In this document: one piece after another, positions 10,354 to 19,941 of the stretch
Position numbering within the stretch: position 1 is the first letter of the stretch
How the letters are laid out: the number at the start of each line of letters is the position of its first letter
NCBI GenBank assembly: GCA_965199955.1
Contig: CBDATQ010000001.1
Span: 2,080,001-2,144,000, forward strand
Direction: 5' to 3'
DNA from: Spirochaetia bacterium
GTDB taxonomy: Bacteria; Spirochaetota; Spirochaetia; SZUA-6; Bin103
Length of the DNA: 64,000 bases
Position numbers and translations under genes: made by a program
The notes under the pieces: model-generated
What the model was told of the DNA's origin: nothing
What the model saw: the letters and a program-made list of their open reading frames with translations, nothing else
The model's database searches: none

Positions 10354-10404
10354 ATTTTGACCTATCAAAATATCACCGTAGACATGGCGAGCCAACCGCG
10401 TCAA
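10354..10404 (-). promoter_or_regulatory. sigma70-like promoter with overlapping palindromic operator
   Basis: Minus-strand TTGACG (10404-10399)-N18-TACGGT (10380-10375). Inverted repeat ATTTTGA-CCTA-TCAAAAT (10354-10371) lies just downstream in an AT-rich patch. Confidence 0.7.
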
Positions 10405-10494
10405 GGGGGTGCTGAACCGTACCCGGAACGCGCAGCAGTACCCCACGCCTGTAGGGTGGCGGCCCAAGGCGGCTGCCGTCACACTGCGCGCGTC

Positions 10495-11295
10495 ATGAAC
10501 TCTGATGGGAACGCGCGACCGGCGTTCGAGAACCGCGTCAAGAAGCTGCTGTCGTCAGGCAGGGCGGCGTGGGGCGTCGGCGCGATAGACGAATCGGAAT
10601 ACTCCGCCAAGCTCGCGATCAACTGCGACCCCGACTTCCTCTGGATCGACCTGGAGCATCGCCCGTACGGGGTCCACGAGGTGCGCTGGTCGCCGATCCT
10701 GTGCCGGCAGAAGGGCGTCGTGCCCATGGTGCGCGTCCCCGGCCTTGACGCCAGCGTCATCAAGAAGGCGCTCGACATCGGCGCCAGCACGGTGATGGTG
10801 CCGCAGGTGGGGACCGAGGACGAGGCCAAGCGCGCGGTCGAGTACGCCAAGTATCCGCCGCAGGGATCGCGCGGCATCACGCCGACCTGGACCACCTACA
10901 TGGACGTGAGCTGGAACGACTACCTGCCGGCGGCCAACGACGAGACCTGCGTGATCGTGCAGATCGAGAGCCCCGAGGGCATCGCCAACCTGGATGCCAT
11001 CGCCTCTGTCGAGGGCGTGGACGTCGTGTTCGCCGGCCCGGCCGACCTCTCGGCGTCGATGGGCGTCATCGGGCAGCCCCAGCATCCCAAGGTTCAGGCG
11101 TTCATCGCCGAGTTCCCGGCGCGGGTCGGTGCCTTCGGCAAACCGGCCGGCATCACGTGGCCGGGCGTCGAGCCCTCCAGGGAGGCTTACGACCAAGGGT
11201 ACCGGTTCATCAACATGGGCTCGCTGGGTGCCCTGGGCACCGAAGGGGTCACCGCGGGGCTCGCAGAGCTGCGCGCACACGAGCGCCCGGGCTGA
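10495..11295 (+). CDS. HpcH/HpaI-family aldolase
   Basis: WIDLEH, MVRVP, KKALDIGA, KYPPQGSRG, QIES, GPADLSASMG. Confidence 0.92.
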   Translation: MNSDGNARPAFENRVKKLLSSGRAAWGVGAIDESEYSAKLAINCDPDFLWIDLEHRPYGVHEVRWSPILCRQKGVVPMVRVPGLDASVIKKALDIGASTVMVPQVGTEDEAKRAVEYAKYPPQGSRGITPTWTTYMDVSWNDYLPAANDETCVIVQIESPEGIANLDAIASVEGVDVVFAGPADLSASMGVIGQPQHPKVQAFIAEFPARVGAFGKPAGITWPGVEPSREAYDQGYRFINMGSLGALGTEGVTAGLAELRAHERPG

Positions 11296-11309
11296 CGGAC
11301 CGTCGCGGC

Positions 11310-12401
11310 ATGATCGATTCCCGACGACTGCTCGACACCTTCCTGACGATTCTCCGCATCGACAGCTATCACCCCTACGAGGATCCGGTGATCGACGCCC
11401 TGCGGCCCAAACTGGAAGGTGCCGGGGTCCGCCTGAGCGTTGACCCGCACCGCAACGTCCTGGGTTTCTGGCCGGGTTCGGGGACGCGGGCGGACGAGGA
11501 ACCCGTGCTCCTGTGCGCGCACACCGACACGGTGCGGCCGACGCCGGGCATGGAGCCGGTGATCCGCGGCGGCGCGGTGCACACCGACGGATCCAGCGTG
11601 CTCGGCGCCGACGACAAGGCGGCCGTGGCAGCGATCGTCGAGGCGGTGGAGGCGATCGCGGCCTCCGGCGAGCCGCATCCGCCGGTGGAGGTGCTGTTCA
11701 CGGTGGGCGAGGACGTCGGTCACGTCGGCTCCAAGGCGTTCGACGTGGCCGGGGTGCGTTCGCGCATGGCCTTCGTGCCCGACGTGGACGGCCCGGTGGG
11801 CGGCATCATCATGGCCGGTCCGACGGCGGAGAGCTTCCACGTCACCTTCCACGGCCGTGCCGCGCATGCCGGCACGGAGCCGGAGGAGGGCCGCAGCGCC
11901 CTGCAGATGGCCGCGCGGGCGATCGATCGCATGCGGCTCGGCCGTGTCGATGGCGAGACCACCGCCAACGCCGGAGTGCTGAGCGGCGGCGAGGCGGCCA
12001 ACATCATTCCGCCGGACGCCACGCTGACCTTGCAGGTGCGCAGCCTGGACCGGGGGAAGTTCCGCGCGCACCGCGACGCGCTGGTGGAGTGCTGCCGGCA
12101 GGGCGCGGAGGCATTCGGCGGCACCATCGACGTGCAGTCGAAGGGCGGCACGGAAGGCTATCGGTTCGGCGATGACGATGCGCCCGTGCGGCGCGCGGAG
12201 GCGGCGATCCGGGCTGCCGGACTGGACCCGTGGCGCGCCACCACCTGTGGTGTCAGTGACGCCAACGAGTTCAACGCCAAGGGGCTGCCCACCGTGGTGA
12301 TCTCGGTCGGCTACCTGGACATCCATACCAACCAGGAGTCGATGCCGATCGACGAACTGGAGAAGCTTTCCGAGGTGTGCCGGCGGCTGATGCTCGGGTA
12401 A
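11310..12401 (+). CDS. M20 metallopeptidase (peptidase T-like)
   Basis: AHTDTV, LGADDKA, GEDVG, GRAAHAG, SDAN, IHT. Confidence 0.9.
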   Translation: MIDSRRLLDTFLTILRIDSYHPYEDPVIDALRPKLEGAGVRLSVDPHRNVLGFWPGSGTRADEEPVLLCAHTDTVRPTPGMEPVIRGGAVHTDGSSVLGADDKAAVAAIVEAVEAIAASGEPHPPVEVLFTVGEDVGHVGSKAFDVAGVRSRMAFVPDVDGPVGGIIMAGPTAESFHVTFHGRAAHAGTEPEEGRSALQMAARAIDRMRLGRVDGETTANAGVLSGGEAANIIPPDATLTLQVRSLDRGKFRAHRDALVECCRQGAEAFGGTIDVQSKGGTEGYRFGDDDAPVRRAEAAIRAAGLDPWRATTCGVSDANEFNAKGLPTVVISVGYLDIHTNQESMPIDELEKLSEVCRRLMLG

Positions 12402-12417
12402 CGGGAGCCGGCCCCGC

Positions 12418-13236
12418 TCAGAGGATCTCCAGGCCCACGTCCACCAGCCCATGCGCCATGCGCCGGCACCGCTCGCTGCTGGACTCCAGCAGGGCGCGGG
12501 GGGCGCCGATGGGGCCGCCCCAGCCGGAGCGCGAGTGCAGGTAGGCGATCTGCTGCGGGGTGCTGGGCCTGGCCAGGAACGACAGCGCCACCTGTACGCG
12601 CAGCCCGCCGGAACCGAACGCGGCGTGCGGCAGATCCTCGGTGAAGACCAGCACGTCGCCGGGCCGCGTCGGCAGCAGGACGTGCGGGACCTCTTCCGGG
12701 GCCAGTCCCCACGGCCGGAAGTCGTCGCGCGTGTTGCGGTTGCGGACCGGCAGGAAGTAGTCGGGCGGGTCGCACCAGCGGTCGTCGATCATGCGCAGGT
12801 AGTTGCGGTGAGCTCCGGGGAGTACCCGCAGGCAGCCGTCGTCCGGGCCCAACTCGTCCAGGTAGAGCGCGACCTTGATGTGCGGAACCGTCCAGGTGAC
12901 CGCGCCGCTGCCGCCGTGCCAGGGCGTGTCGCCGTCGTACCAGGAGCAGGCCGAGCCCTCGTAGAGGAAGTCGTGGCCCAGCAGCTTGTGGGGGATGTCG
13001 TACAGCCGGTCGTCGTCCAGCAGCCGGGCGTGACGCTCGCCCTTCGCGCAAAGACCGCTGACGCCGGCGGCGGACGTCCGGTCCCAGCCTGGGTTCTCGG
13101 CGAGGGTAAGCTCCTCGCATTCGGCGCGCAGCGCCTCGGCCTCCGCGCGGGAGAACAGGCCGCGCAGCGCCAGGAACCCGAACGCGTTGAAGCGCGCCAC
13201 GTCCTCCGCCCGCAGCCCGCCGGAGACGGTGTCCAT
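12418..13236 (-). CDS. PhyH-family Fe(II)/2OG enzyme with an H-G-G motif (candidate halogenase)
   Basis: FNAFGFLALRGLF, YDGDTPWHGG, KVALYLD, GCLRVLPGAH, PGDVLVF..DLPHAAFG..R. Confidence 0.85.
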   Translation of the reverse strand: MDTVSGGLRAEDVARFNAFGFLALRGLFSRAEAEALRAECEELTLAENPGWDRTSAAGVSGLCAKGERHARLLDDDRLYDIPHKLLGHDFLYEGSACSWYDGDTPWHGGSGAVTWTVPHIKVALYLDELGPDDGCLRVLPGAHRNYLRMIDDRWCDPPDYFLPVRNRNTRDDFRPWGLAPEEVPHVLLPTRPGDVLVFTEDLPHAAFGSGGLRVQVALSFLARPSTPQQIAYLHSRSGWGGPIGAPRALLESSSERCRRMAHGLVDVGLEIL

Positions 13237-13382
13237 GGCGGCACGCTATCCGATCCTGTGAGACCGGCCAACCGGCGGAGGGTTCGGGTGCGCCGCGGTA
13301 TTGAACAGGTCCGCGGAGGCGACGATACTGGGTCGACCGGCCCGTGGTACCCATCGACTGATGAGCGGAGCACACTGAGCAC

Positions 13383-13777
13383 GTGGGAATCGTCCTGCGT
13401 GCCATCGTCTTCCCCGACAAGGCGATCGAGGAGAACAACGGCAAGAAGGGGCTCATCGGCATCTTTCACAGCTTCAACTTCCCGCAGTTCCCGACAGTCG
13501 CGCCGACGTGGTACGTGTACATCGCCTTCGGCAACGTGGCGAAGGACCGGCACGACGTGACGGTCAACGTTGTCAATGACGATACCGGTTCGGTGATCGT
13601 GCGGTCGCACGAGGAGGTGCAGGTGAGGACGCCGGCGACCGACGTGGAGCTCGTGTTCCGATGGCGGGGGCCGCGTTCCGTGCGCCGGGCGTGCACTGGC
13701 TGACGGTGACCCTGGATCAGGCGCAGATCGGCAGCCGCGTGCTGCACGTGGGGCAGCATCCCGAGGATACCAGGTAA
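13383..13777 (+). CDS. small beta-rich hypothetical protein (DUF6941-like), one frameshift
   Basis: D.AIEENNGKKGLIGIF..F pattern. Restoring one base near 13658 gives ...FRAPGVHWLTVTLDQAQIGSRVLHV..TR* (TAA 13775-13777). Confidence 0.6.
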
Positions 13778-13800
13778 AACAGGTTCAGGAGGAGAAGGGC

Positions 13801-14631
13801 ATGAGGAGAGGCGACGAGGCGATGATCACGGCCGACGAGATGCGGCGTTTTCGTGCGGACGGCTACGCACCGCTCGGCAGGTTGCTGGACGAGGGGGAGC
13901 TTGCGGCCCTCGGCGAGCGGATCGACCAGATCATGCTGGGCACCGCGGACGCGCCCTACGACGAGATGATGATGCAGCTCGAGCCGTCGACCAATCCGCC
14001 GGCGGAGCTGAGCGGACAGAGGAAGGGCCACAAGCTGCCGACGCTGGCGTACCGCAAGATCCAGGACCTGGAGTTGGACCCTCTGTTCCACGCCTACCTG
14101 ACCCGTCCGCTGTTCGCCGACCTGTGCCGGCGCGTGTACGGCGAGGGGCGCCCGGTCGCCTGCATGCGGGCGATGTTCATGAACAAGCCGGCCAGGGGCG
14201 GCTCCGACCTGGTGTGGCATCAGGATCGCTGGACCGACCTGGACCGCGATCCCAAGGTCACCGTGTGGATCGCTCTGGATCCGGCCACGATCGCCAACGG
14301 CTGCGTGCAGATCGTGCCGGGGTCGCACCGGCGGCTGATCAATCCGAGCGGGGGGTCGGGATTCCTGACGGACCGGCAGCGCGACGAGCTCAACGGCAAG
14401 ATCGAGTCGGGCCACCCGGACTACCGGACCGTCCACCTGGAGCTGGAAGCGGGCGAGGCGGTGCTGCTGCACAACTGGACGCTGCACCGTTCCGGGACCA
14501 ACTCGACCGACATCCCGCGCCGGGCGTTCAGCGTCTGCTACATGGACGCCGCCACGCGCTCGATAAGCGGCGGGTCGTGGCGAGTGGTGTTCGAAGGTGA
14601 CGGACAGGTGGTCGGGCCGCTGGCTGCGTAG
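13801..14631 (+). CDS. PhyH-family dioxygenase
   Basis: FRADGY, MFMNKP, WHQD, WIALD.AT..NGC..VPGSH, LHRSG.N...RR. Confidence 0.92.
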   Translation: MRRGDEAMITADEMRRFRADGYAPLGRLLDEGELAALGERIDQIMLGTADAPYDEMMMQLEPSTNPPAELSGQRKGHKLPTLAYRKIQDLELDPLFHAYLTRPLFADLCRRVYGEGRPVACMRAMFMNKPARGGSDLVWHQDRWTDLDRDPKVTVWIALDPATIANGCVQIVPGSHRRLINPSGGSGFLTDRQRDELNGKIESGHPDYRTVHLELEAGEAVLLHNWTLHRSGTNSTDIPRRAFSVCYMDAATRSISGGSWRVVFEGDGQVVGPLAA

Positions 14632-14661
14632 GGGCGGAGCGGAGCACGGCCGGCTCTTCCG

Positions 14662-15737
14662 GTGACGGACTCTGCCGGGGCGGGCCTGCCGGGCTTCGAC
14701 GTCGCTCCGGTCGAGCGCTGCCACGTGCAGCCGCTGGATGCGGCGGAGACGCACTACACCATCGACGTGGACGGGTTGACCGACCCGGAGAACGTCGAGC
14801 TGACCCTGGTCGGGCCGATGGCGTCGGGCTGGGTCGCGGTGGATGGCGGCCGGGACACCGGCTCGCTGCAGAGCTTGGCCGCAAGCGTTGCGCGCCCCGG
14901 CATGACCGACGCAGAGAAGGTGTGGGCCATCTGGGCGCTGGTGGGGCGGATTACCTACCGCATGTCCCTGCACGCAACCCCGGATCCCCTGGAGCTGGTC
15001 AACGCGTACGGATACGGCTATTGCAGCACTGTCAACCGGCTCTTGCCCCGGCCCTGTGGCAGGCGGCGGGGCTCCGCATCGTCGGCGGCCGGCTGGAGCT
15101 GTACGCCGTGCGCACGGCGCCGGATGACCTGGTAGCCGTGGAGGCGGCGGTCGCGGGCGGGGAGCTCGCGGAAGTGGCGCGGTCGGGCGCGCTCCTTATC
15201 ACGGTGGACCTGGGGCCGGTCATCCCGCGGCACCACGGCAGCCAGCACCCGCCGCCGCAGCCGCAGGAGCTGCGGATCCGCCTGCGCATGAGCGCGGCGG
15301 TGGCCGGCCACGAGGTCGGCGTCAGCTCCATCCGCATCGTCGCCGGCATCCAGTACCACGCACGCGTGCTGCCGGCGCTTCGGCGCGGGTACAACCACGT
15401 GCGGTTCACGGCCGCCGCGGTCGGACCGGGAGCGCAGATCGTGCACCGCTGGCGGGAGAACCACTCGCTGAGCTGGCACCCCGAGCAACCGTACGAGGGA
15501 CAGCGCGTGACCCTGCGCGCGCGGGTGCGCAACCGCGGCGACGCGGCGCCGGCCGACCCGTGGGACCTGGAGAAGACCGGCGTCATGGTCGAGTTGTTCG
15601 TTCGCGTCGGACCGTGGACGGCCGGCGGCGACCGCATCGACCGCGGCGAGCAGACGTCCATACGCCTGCCCGCCGCTCGTGACGGTCCGAGCTCTGATCA
15701 GCGGCCGAGCACGACGTCGATGCCCTGCAGCACCTGA
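14662..15737 (+). pseudogene. collapsed transglutaminase-like/CARDB-domain protein
   Basis: TDAEKVWAIW...NAYGYGYCS..N..L.ALWQAAGL, then PALRRGYNHVRF and PEQPYEGQRVTLRARVRNRG. Frameshift near 15045; segments appear abutted by deletions. Confidence 0.55.
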
Positions 15738-15809
15738 ACCAGACCGCCTCCTGGCAGTCGGCCGACGTGCTCGGTCAGAAACGAGTCGCCTGGAGACGAT
15801 CTCTACCAT
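15698..15809 (-). pseudogene. MazF/PemK (ChpK-like) toxin remnant
   Basis: ATG overlaps the antitoxin stop. Only the C-terminal FLTEHVGRLPGGGLVQVLQGIDVVLGR* survives, in another frame. Confidence 0.65.
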
Positions 15810-16042
15810 TCCGAGCGCATGGGAGTCCGGCGCGCGGCGCCTGTGAGAGCCGGATCGGCGCCGTCTTCACCGAACTGATCGACGACCCGGTTCATGGCGG
15901 CGGTGAGGCTGTCGTAGGCGTGTCGCCTGAGGTAGTCGGCCAGCGCGTCGGCGTAGAGCCGACTTCTGGACCGTCGCGACTCCCTGGCAAGTCGCTCGGC
16001 GGCATGAAACAGCTCGTCGGGAAGCGAGATCACAGTCTTCAT
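15803..16042 (-). CDS. ChpI-like ribbon-helix-helix antitoxin
   Basis: MKTVISLPDELFHAAERLA...SRSRLYADAL..YL...W; resembles the Leptospira ChpI pattern. Confidence 0.8.
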   Translation of the reverse strand: MKTVISLPDELFHAAERLARESRRSRSRLYADALADYLRRHAYDSLTAAMNRVVDQFGEDGADPALTGAARRTPMRSEW

Positions 16043-16498
16043 ACCGAGAGTTCGACGCGGTAGCGCTCGACCGCGGCCGGGTCGAGCTCGACGCCCAGGC
16101 CGGGGCTGTCGCGGAGTCGGATGACGCCGTCCACCGCACGGAGCGGGTCCTTCAGCAACTCCCGTTGCAGCGGGCTGTCGTCGTACAGGTCGTACTCGGC
16201 GTACGGCGGGTCGGCCACGGTGGCCAGCACGTGCATGTTGGCGGCCAGCCCCACGCCGGTCCCCGACGAGCAGGCGACGTGCGGGGTGCAGCGCACGCCG
16301 TGCGCCTCGGCCATGGCCGCGATCGCCGCCGCCTCCGTGATGCATGATCGACCCGCCGCCGAACTTCCACTCGTCCCGCTTGGCCAGATGGGGGTGCTGG
16401 GTCCAGTAGACCAGCGCGTCGTCGACGAACAGGTGCCGCTCGCCGCCGATCGAGCACTTGTAGTGGTCCTCGAAGGGCCACGTCAGCTTCTTGCCCAT
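16039..16498 (-). pseudogene. chimera of an unknown N-terminal fragment and a mandelate racemase/enolase C-terminus
   Basis: ERHLFVDDALV fragment joined to AMAEAHGVRCTPH...PGLGVELD. Confidence 0.65.
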
Positions 16499-16502
16499 TT
16501 CT

Positions 16503-17764
16503 TCACCTCCCCGTTTCCTGCGGGTTGGCCGTACGGATCCAGCCCCAGAACAGGTTGTCGCGCTGGTGGCCGGCCGCCAAGTATTCCTCTTTCAGGCGAG
16601 ACAGGTCGTCTCCGGCGTAGTCGGTGAGCGGCAGTCCTGCGGCATCCAGATCGATCCCGTACTGGCCCGCGGCGTTGGCGCCGAAAATGGCGGATTTCAC
16701 CGGCCCGTCCGCGGGCCCGAGCGGCTCGAAGCCGTGCCTGTCCGGCAGGTCGGCCGGGATCTCGATGCGGCGCAGCGCCTCGATCTGCCACTGCGGGGAG
16801 CCGAACCAGATCCAGTCGGTGCCCCAGAGGACGTGATCGGCGCCGAGTCCCTTGATCAGCTTGCCCAGCATCGCCGCCGCCAGCCGCGGCTCGCTCACCG
16901 CCAGCGCCCCGAACGACAGGCCGACGTCGGCGTACACGTTCGTCACGCCGTACCGCTCCGGGATCTCCGCCAGCTCGTCGATCCACGGCAGCCGGCCGGT
17001 GTCCTCGAACTCCGCCACGACCGGCGGCAGGTCGCACCACATGCGCAGGGCGGCGTGGTAGATGTGGAAGTTGAGCTCCGGCCAGTCGCGAGCCACCTTG
17101 CCCACGTCCTCGACGGTGGCGTGACGCCAGGTCGGGATGCGCTCGTAGTCGGCCGGGAGCACCCCCTTGTGGACGCAGATGTTGCGCACGCCGTGGCGCA
17201 TGGCCTTCTCGTAGCCGGGGTAGATGAGGTCCTCGTCGTCCATCCGCCACGGGTGCTCGAAGGTCGGGCTTGCGCCCAGCACGTCGCCCATCGTGTAGCC
17301 CTTCCAGGCATCCACCTTCAGCTCGGCGGCGGCCCGGTCCATGGCCGGCAAGTACTGCGGCACGCTCGGCCAGATCACACCAGTGGACAGCAACGCCAGA
17401 GTGGTGTCGCTGTCTAAGAACATGTCCTTCAGGTAGTAATCGAACTTGTAGTACTTGAGGTCCAGCTCCTGGCCGACCAGGTCGGGGTTCCAGGGCGTGC
17501 CGCCGAACAGGTCGCCGCGCGCGGCGGCGAGCTGCCCCTCCCAGCGGTAGTCGTCGTGCACGTGATGGGTGTGCACGTCGAAGATGACTGGCCGCGGGTG
17601 GCGTCGCGCTGCAGCAGCCACTCGACCTGCGCCTGGCGGCGCGTCTGCGCGGGCGGCAGGCACTCGCCGCTCGACACCACCTGCGTGGGGACCGGGCACT
17701 CCACCGGCTTGCGGAAGGCGCGCTGCAGCCCGCGGAGTTGCGCGTCGCGCAGCCACATGGACAT
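16503..17764 (-). pseudogene. Amidohydro_2-family protein, frameshifted with internal gaps
   Basis: PVPTQVVSSGE start, frameshift near 17590, IFDVHTHHV, WKGYT, CVHKG, IYHAA, LWGTD. Confidence 0.75.
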
Positions 17765-18118
17765 CAGGCCGCTCCGGCCGGCGCGGGAACGGCGCAGAGA
17801 GGACAGTGCCCGCCGCTGACGCCGTCGGGCCGCGGGTGGCAGTCGTTGTCGAGCGTTCCCGTGTCCCCGTCGAGCTCATGCCAAAGCCGGCACTCGCGCT
17901 CGAAGGCGTCGCGGTCCGAGTCCGCATGCTCGAACCAGAAGGCCCGATAGCCGGGTCCGCCCCAGCGGGCCAGGGCCGATCCCAGGCTCGCGCCGCGTGC
18001 GCCCCACGAGGCCGCGGTAGTGGGCGTATGCCCGGGTCGTCTCGATGCGGCGCAGCAGGAAGACCACGGGCCGCGGATCGCCGACCACGCTGGAGGAGAG
18101 CTGGAACGGCCCCTCCAC
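17764..18118 (-). CDS. small GIY-YIG-like protein with C-terminal CxxC, one frameshift
   Basis: MEGPFQL...LVGRT, then in the shifted frame YRAFWFEHADSDRDAFERECRLWHEL...LDNDCHPRP...CPLC. Its TGA overlaps the next ATG. Confidence 0.55.
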
Positions 18119-18124
18119 GCCGGC

Positions 18125-18835
18125 TCAGGCCAGTCCGTAGACGGGGATGGCCGCGCCGTGGACCGCCGCGGCGGCGTCCGAGGCCAGGAACACGATCACG
18201 TTGGCCAGCTCCCCCGGCGCCACCCACGCCGCCGGGTCGGACCTGGGCATCGCCTTCCGGTTGGCGGGCGTGTCGATGATGCTCGGCAACACGGCGTTGA
18301 CGTTGACGCCGTTGCGCTTCAGCTCCTCCGACAGCGACTGCGTCAGGGCCAGGACCGCCGCCTTGGTGGCGCCGTACACGCCGTTGCCGGCCTCGCCGCG
18401 CAGCGCCGCGCGGGCGGACACGTTGACGATCGCACCTCCGCCTGCGGCCGCCAGCGCCGGCGCCGCCGCGCGGCACATAGCGAAGGTGGTGCGGAGATTG
18501 AGGTCCAGGAGGTGCTCCAGGGTCGCGTCGTCCGCGTCCGCGACCTTCATCCACCGGTAGCCGCCGGCCAGGTTGACCACCGCCTGCAATGCTCCGGACG
18601 GGACCTGACGGATTAGCGCCTCCACGTCGGCCGCCGCTCGCACGTCGCAGCGGTGCAGCTCCACGCGATCGGCGGCGTCTGCGAACCGACGCCGGAACGG
18701 GGCCACCTCGCCTTCCGCCACGTAGGTCACCAGCACGCGCGCACCGGCATCCAGAAAGCCCCGGACGACCGAGCCGCGGAGCGCGCCGGTGCCGCCGGTG
18801 ACGATGACGGCGCGGCCGGCGAAGTCGACGCGCAT
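18125..18835 (-). CDS. short-chain dehydrogenase/reductase
   Basis: VTGGTGA, NLAGG, YGATK, NAVLPSIIDTP. Confidence 0.92.
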   Translation of the reverse strand: MRVDFAGRAVIVTGGTGALRGSVVRGFLDAGARVLVTYVAEGEVAPFRRRFADAADRVELHRCDVRAAADVEALIRQVPSGALQAVVNLAGGYRWMKVADADDATLEHLLDLNLRTTFAMCRAAAPALAAAGGGAIVNVSARAALRGEAGNGVYGATKAAVLALTQSLSEELKRNGVNVNAVLPSIIDTPANRKAMPRSDPAAWVAPGELANVIVFLASDAAAAVHGAAIPVYGLA

Positions 18836-18851
18836 GGGTGGCCGGTCCTCC

Positions 18852-19031
18852 TCAGTCCAGCCGCAGGAGCGCCGGAGTGTGCTCGGCAATCCAGGCGCGG
18901 AGCTCGCGGACGTGCTCGGGAGTGGCGGACGGGTAGGGATCGCGCACGCGGAAGCGGTCGTCGTCCGTCCACGGCACCGGCTGACCGGCCCACATGCCGT
19001 TGAGGCGCACGCGCGTCAGCACGCGTTCCAT
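18852..19031 (-). CDS. small hypothetical protein (~56-59 aa)
   Basis: GC-biased codons. TTGACA (19057-19052)-N16-TACGAT upstream suggests a leaderless GTG start at 19022. Confidence 0.5.
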   Translation of the reverse strand: MERVLTRVRLNGMWAGQPVPWTDDDRFRVRDPYPSATPEHVRELRAWIAEHTPALLRLD

Positions 19032-19085
19032 CGTAGGGCGGCGGCCCGGCCTGTCAAGGGCCGGCGAGCGGCTATACTCCGTGCC

Positions 19086-19475
19086 GTGGCCGAGCAGTTC
19101 GGGGTCGATCTGGATCAGGTGCGGGCATTCCTCGCCGACAAGGAGGAGCGCCGCCGCGCCCGCATCGACGCGCGCTTCGCCCGGGCCACCCGCGACGCGG
19201 GGGCGATCATCGCTGAGATCGCAGCGCAGGTGAACCCGAGCCGGATCTACCAGTGGGGATCCTTGCTCGACCGCGAGCGCTTCAGCGAGATTTCGGACAT
19301 CGACATAGCGGTCGAGGGGATAGCCGGACCCGAGGAGTTCTTTGCGGCGCTCGGCATCGCCATCGAGGGAACGGACTTGCCCGTCGACGTCGTCGAGCTG
19401 GAAAAGGTCCCGGCCGACGTCGCCGAGCGCATCCGTGCGCGGGGCGCGCTGGTCCATGAGCGACGCGATTCGTGA
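19086..19475 (+). CDS. minimal nucleotidyltransferase (MNT) antitoxin
   Basis: IYQWGS...SDIDIAVEG...VDVV. TATACT lies 7 nt before GTG 19086. Confidence 0.88.
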   Translation: MAEQFGVDLDQVRAFLADKEERRRARIDARFARATRDAGAIIAEIAAQVNPSRIYQWGSLLDRERFSEISDIDIAVEGIAGPEEFFAALGIAIEGTDLPVDVVELEKVPADVAERIRARGALVHERRDS

Positions 19476-19938
19476 GCTCGCCGCGCTGATCCGGGCGCAC
19501 CGGCAACGGCTCGTGGCGGTTCATCGGTCGCTGCAGAGCGCGCTAGAAAACGAGATCGTACAGCTCGGCAAGACGCCGATGTCGGCGCTCATGGTCGCGG
19601 GCATCCTGGAGAACTACTACACGTGCCTTGAGACGATTTTCCAGAGGATTTCCCAACACTTCGACAACAACCTCGACCCTGAACGTTGGCACAGCGACCT
19701 GCTGCAGAAGATGACGCTGGAGATCGACGGCGTAAGGGCGGCAGCCGTGTCGCAGGCGGCGTTTTCACCGCTCTTCGAGCTGCTGAAGTTCCGGCACTTC
19801 AAACGCTACTACTTCGAGCTGGAGTACGACTGGGACCGCCTGGACTTCCTGGTCGCCAAGCTCTCCCAGGCGCACCCGCTGGTCCTGCGCGATCTGGAGC
19901 GGTTCGAGCGCTTCATGAGCGCGTTGCAGGAGTCGTAG
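19456..19938 (+). CDS. HEPN (HepT-like) toxin
   Basis: ENYYTCLE.IF.RI, WHSDLL..M, FRHFKRYYF. Overlaps the MNT gene. Confidence 0.85.
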   Translation: MSDAIRELAALIRAHRQRLVAVHRSLQSALENEIVQLGKTPMSALMVAGILENYYTCLETIFQRISQHFDNNLDPERWHSDLLQKMTLEIDGVRAAAVSQAAFSPLFELLKFRHFKRYYFELEYDWDRLDFLVAKLSQAHPLVLRDLERFERFMSALQES

Positions 19939-19941
19939 GAG

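Noticed and set aside
13357..13395. CTGATGAG hammerhead-like core
   Set aside because: No GAAA partner or supporting stems.
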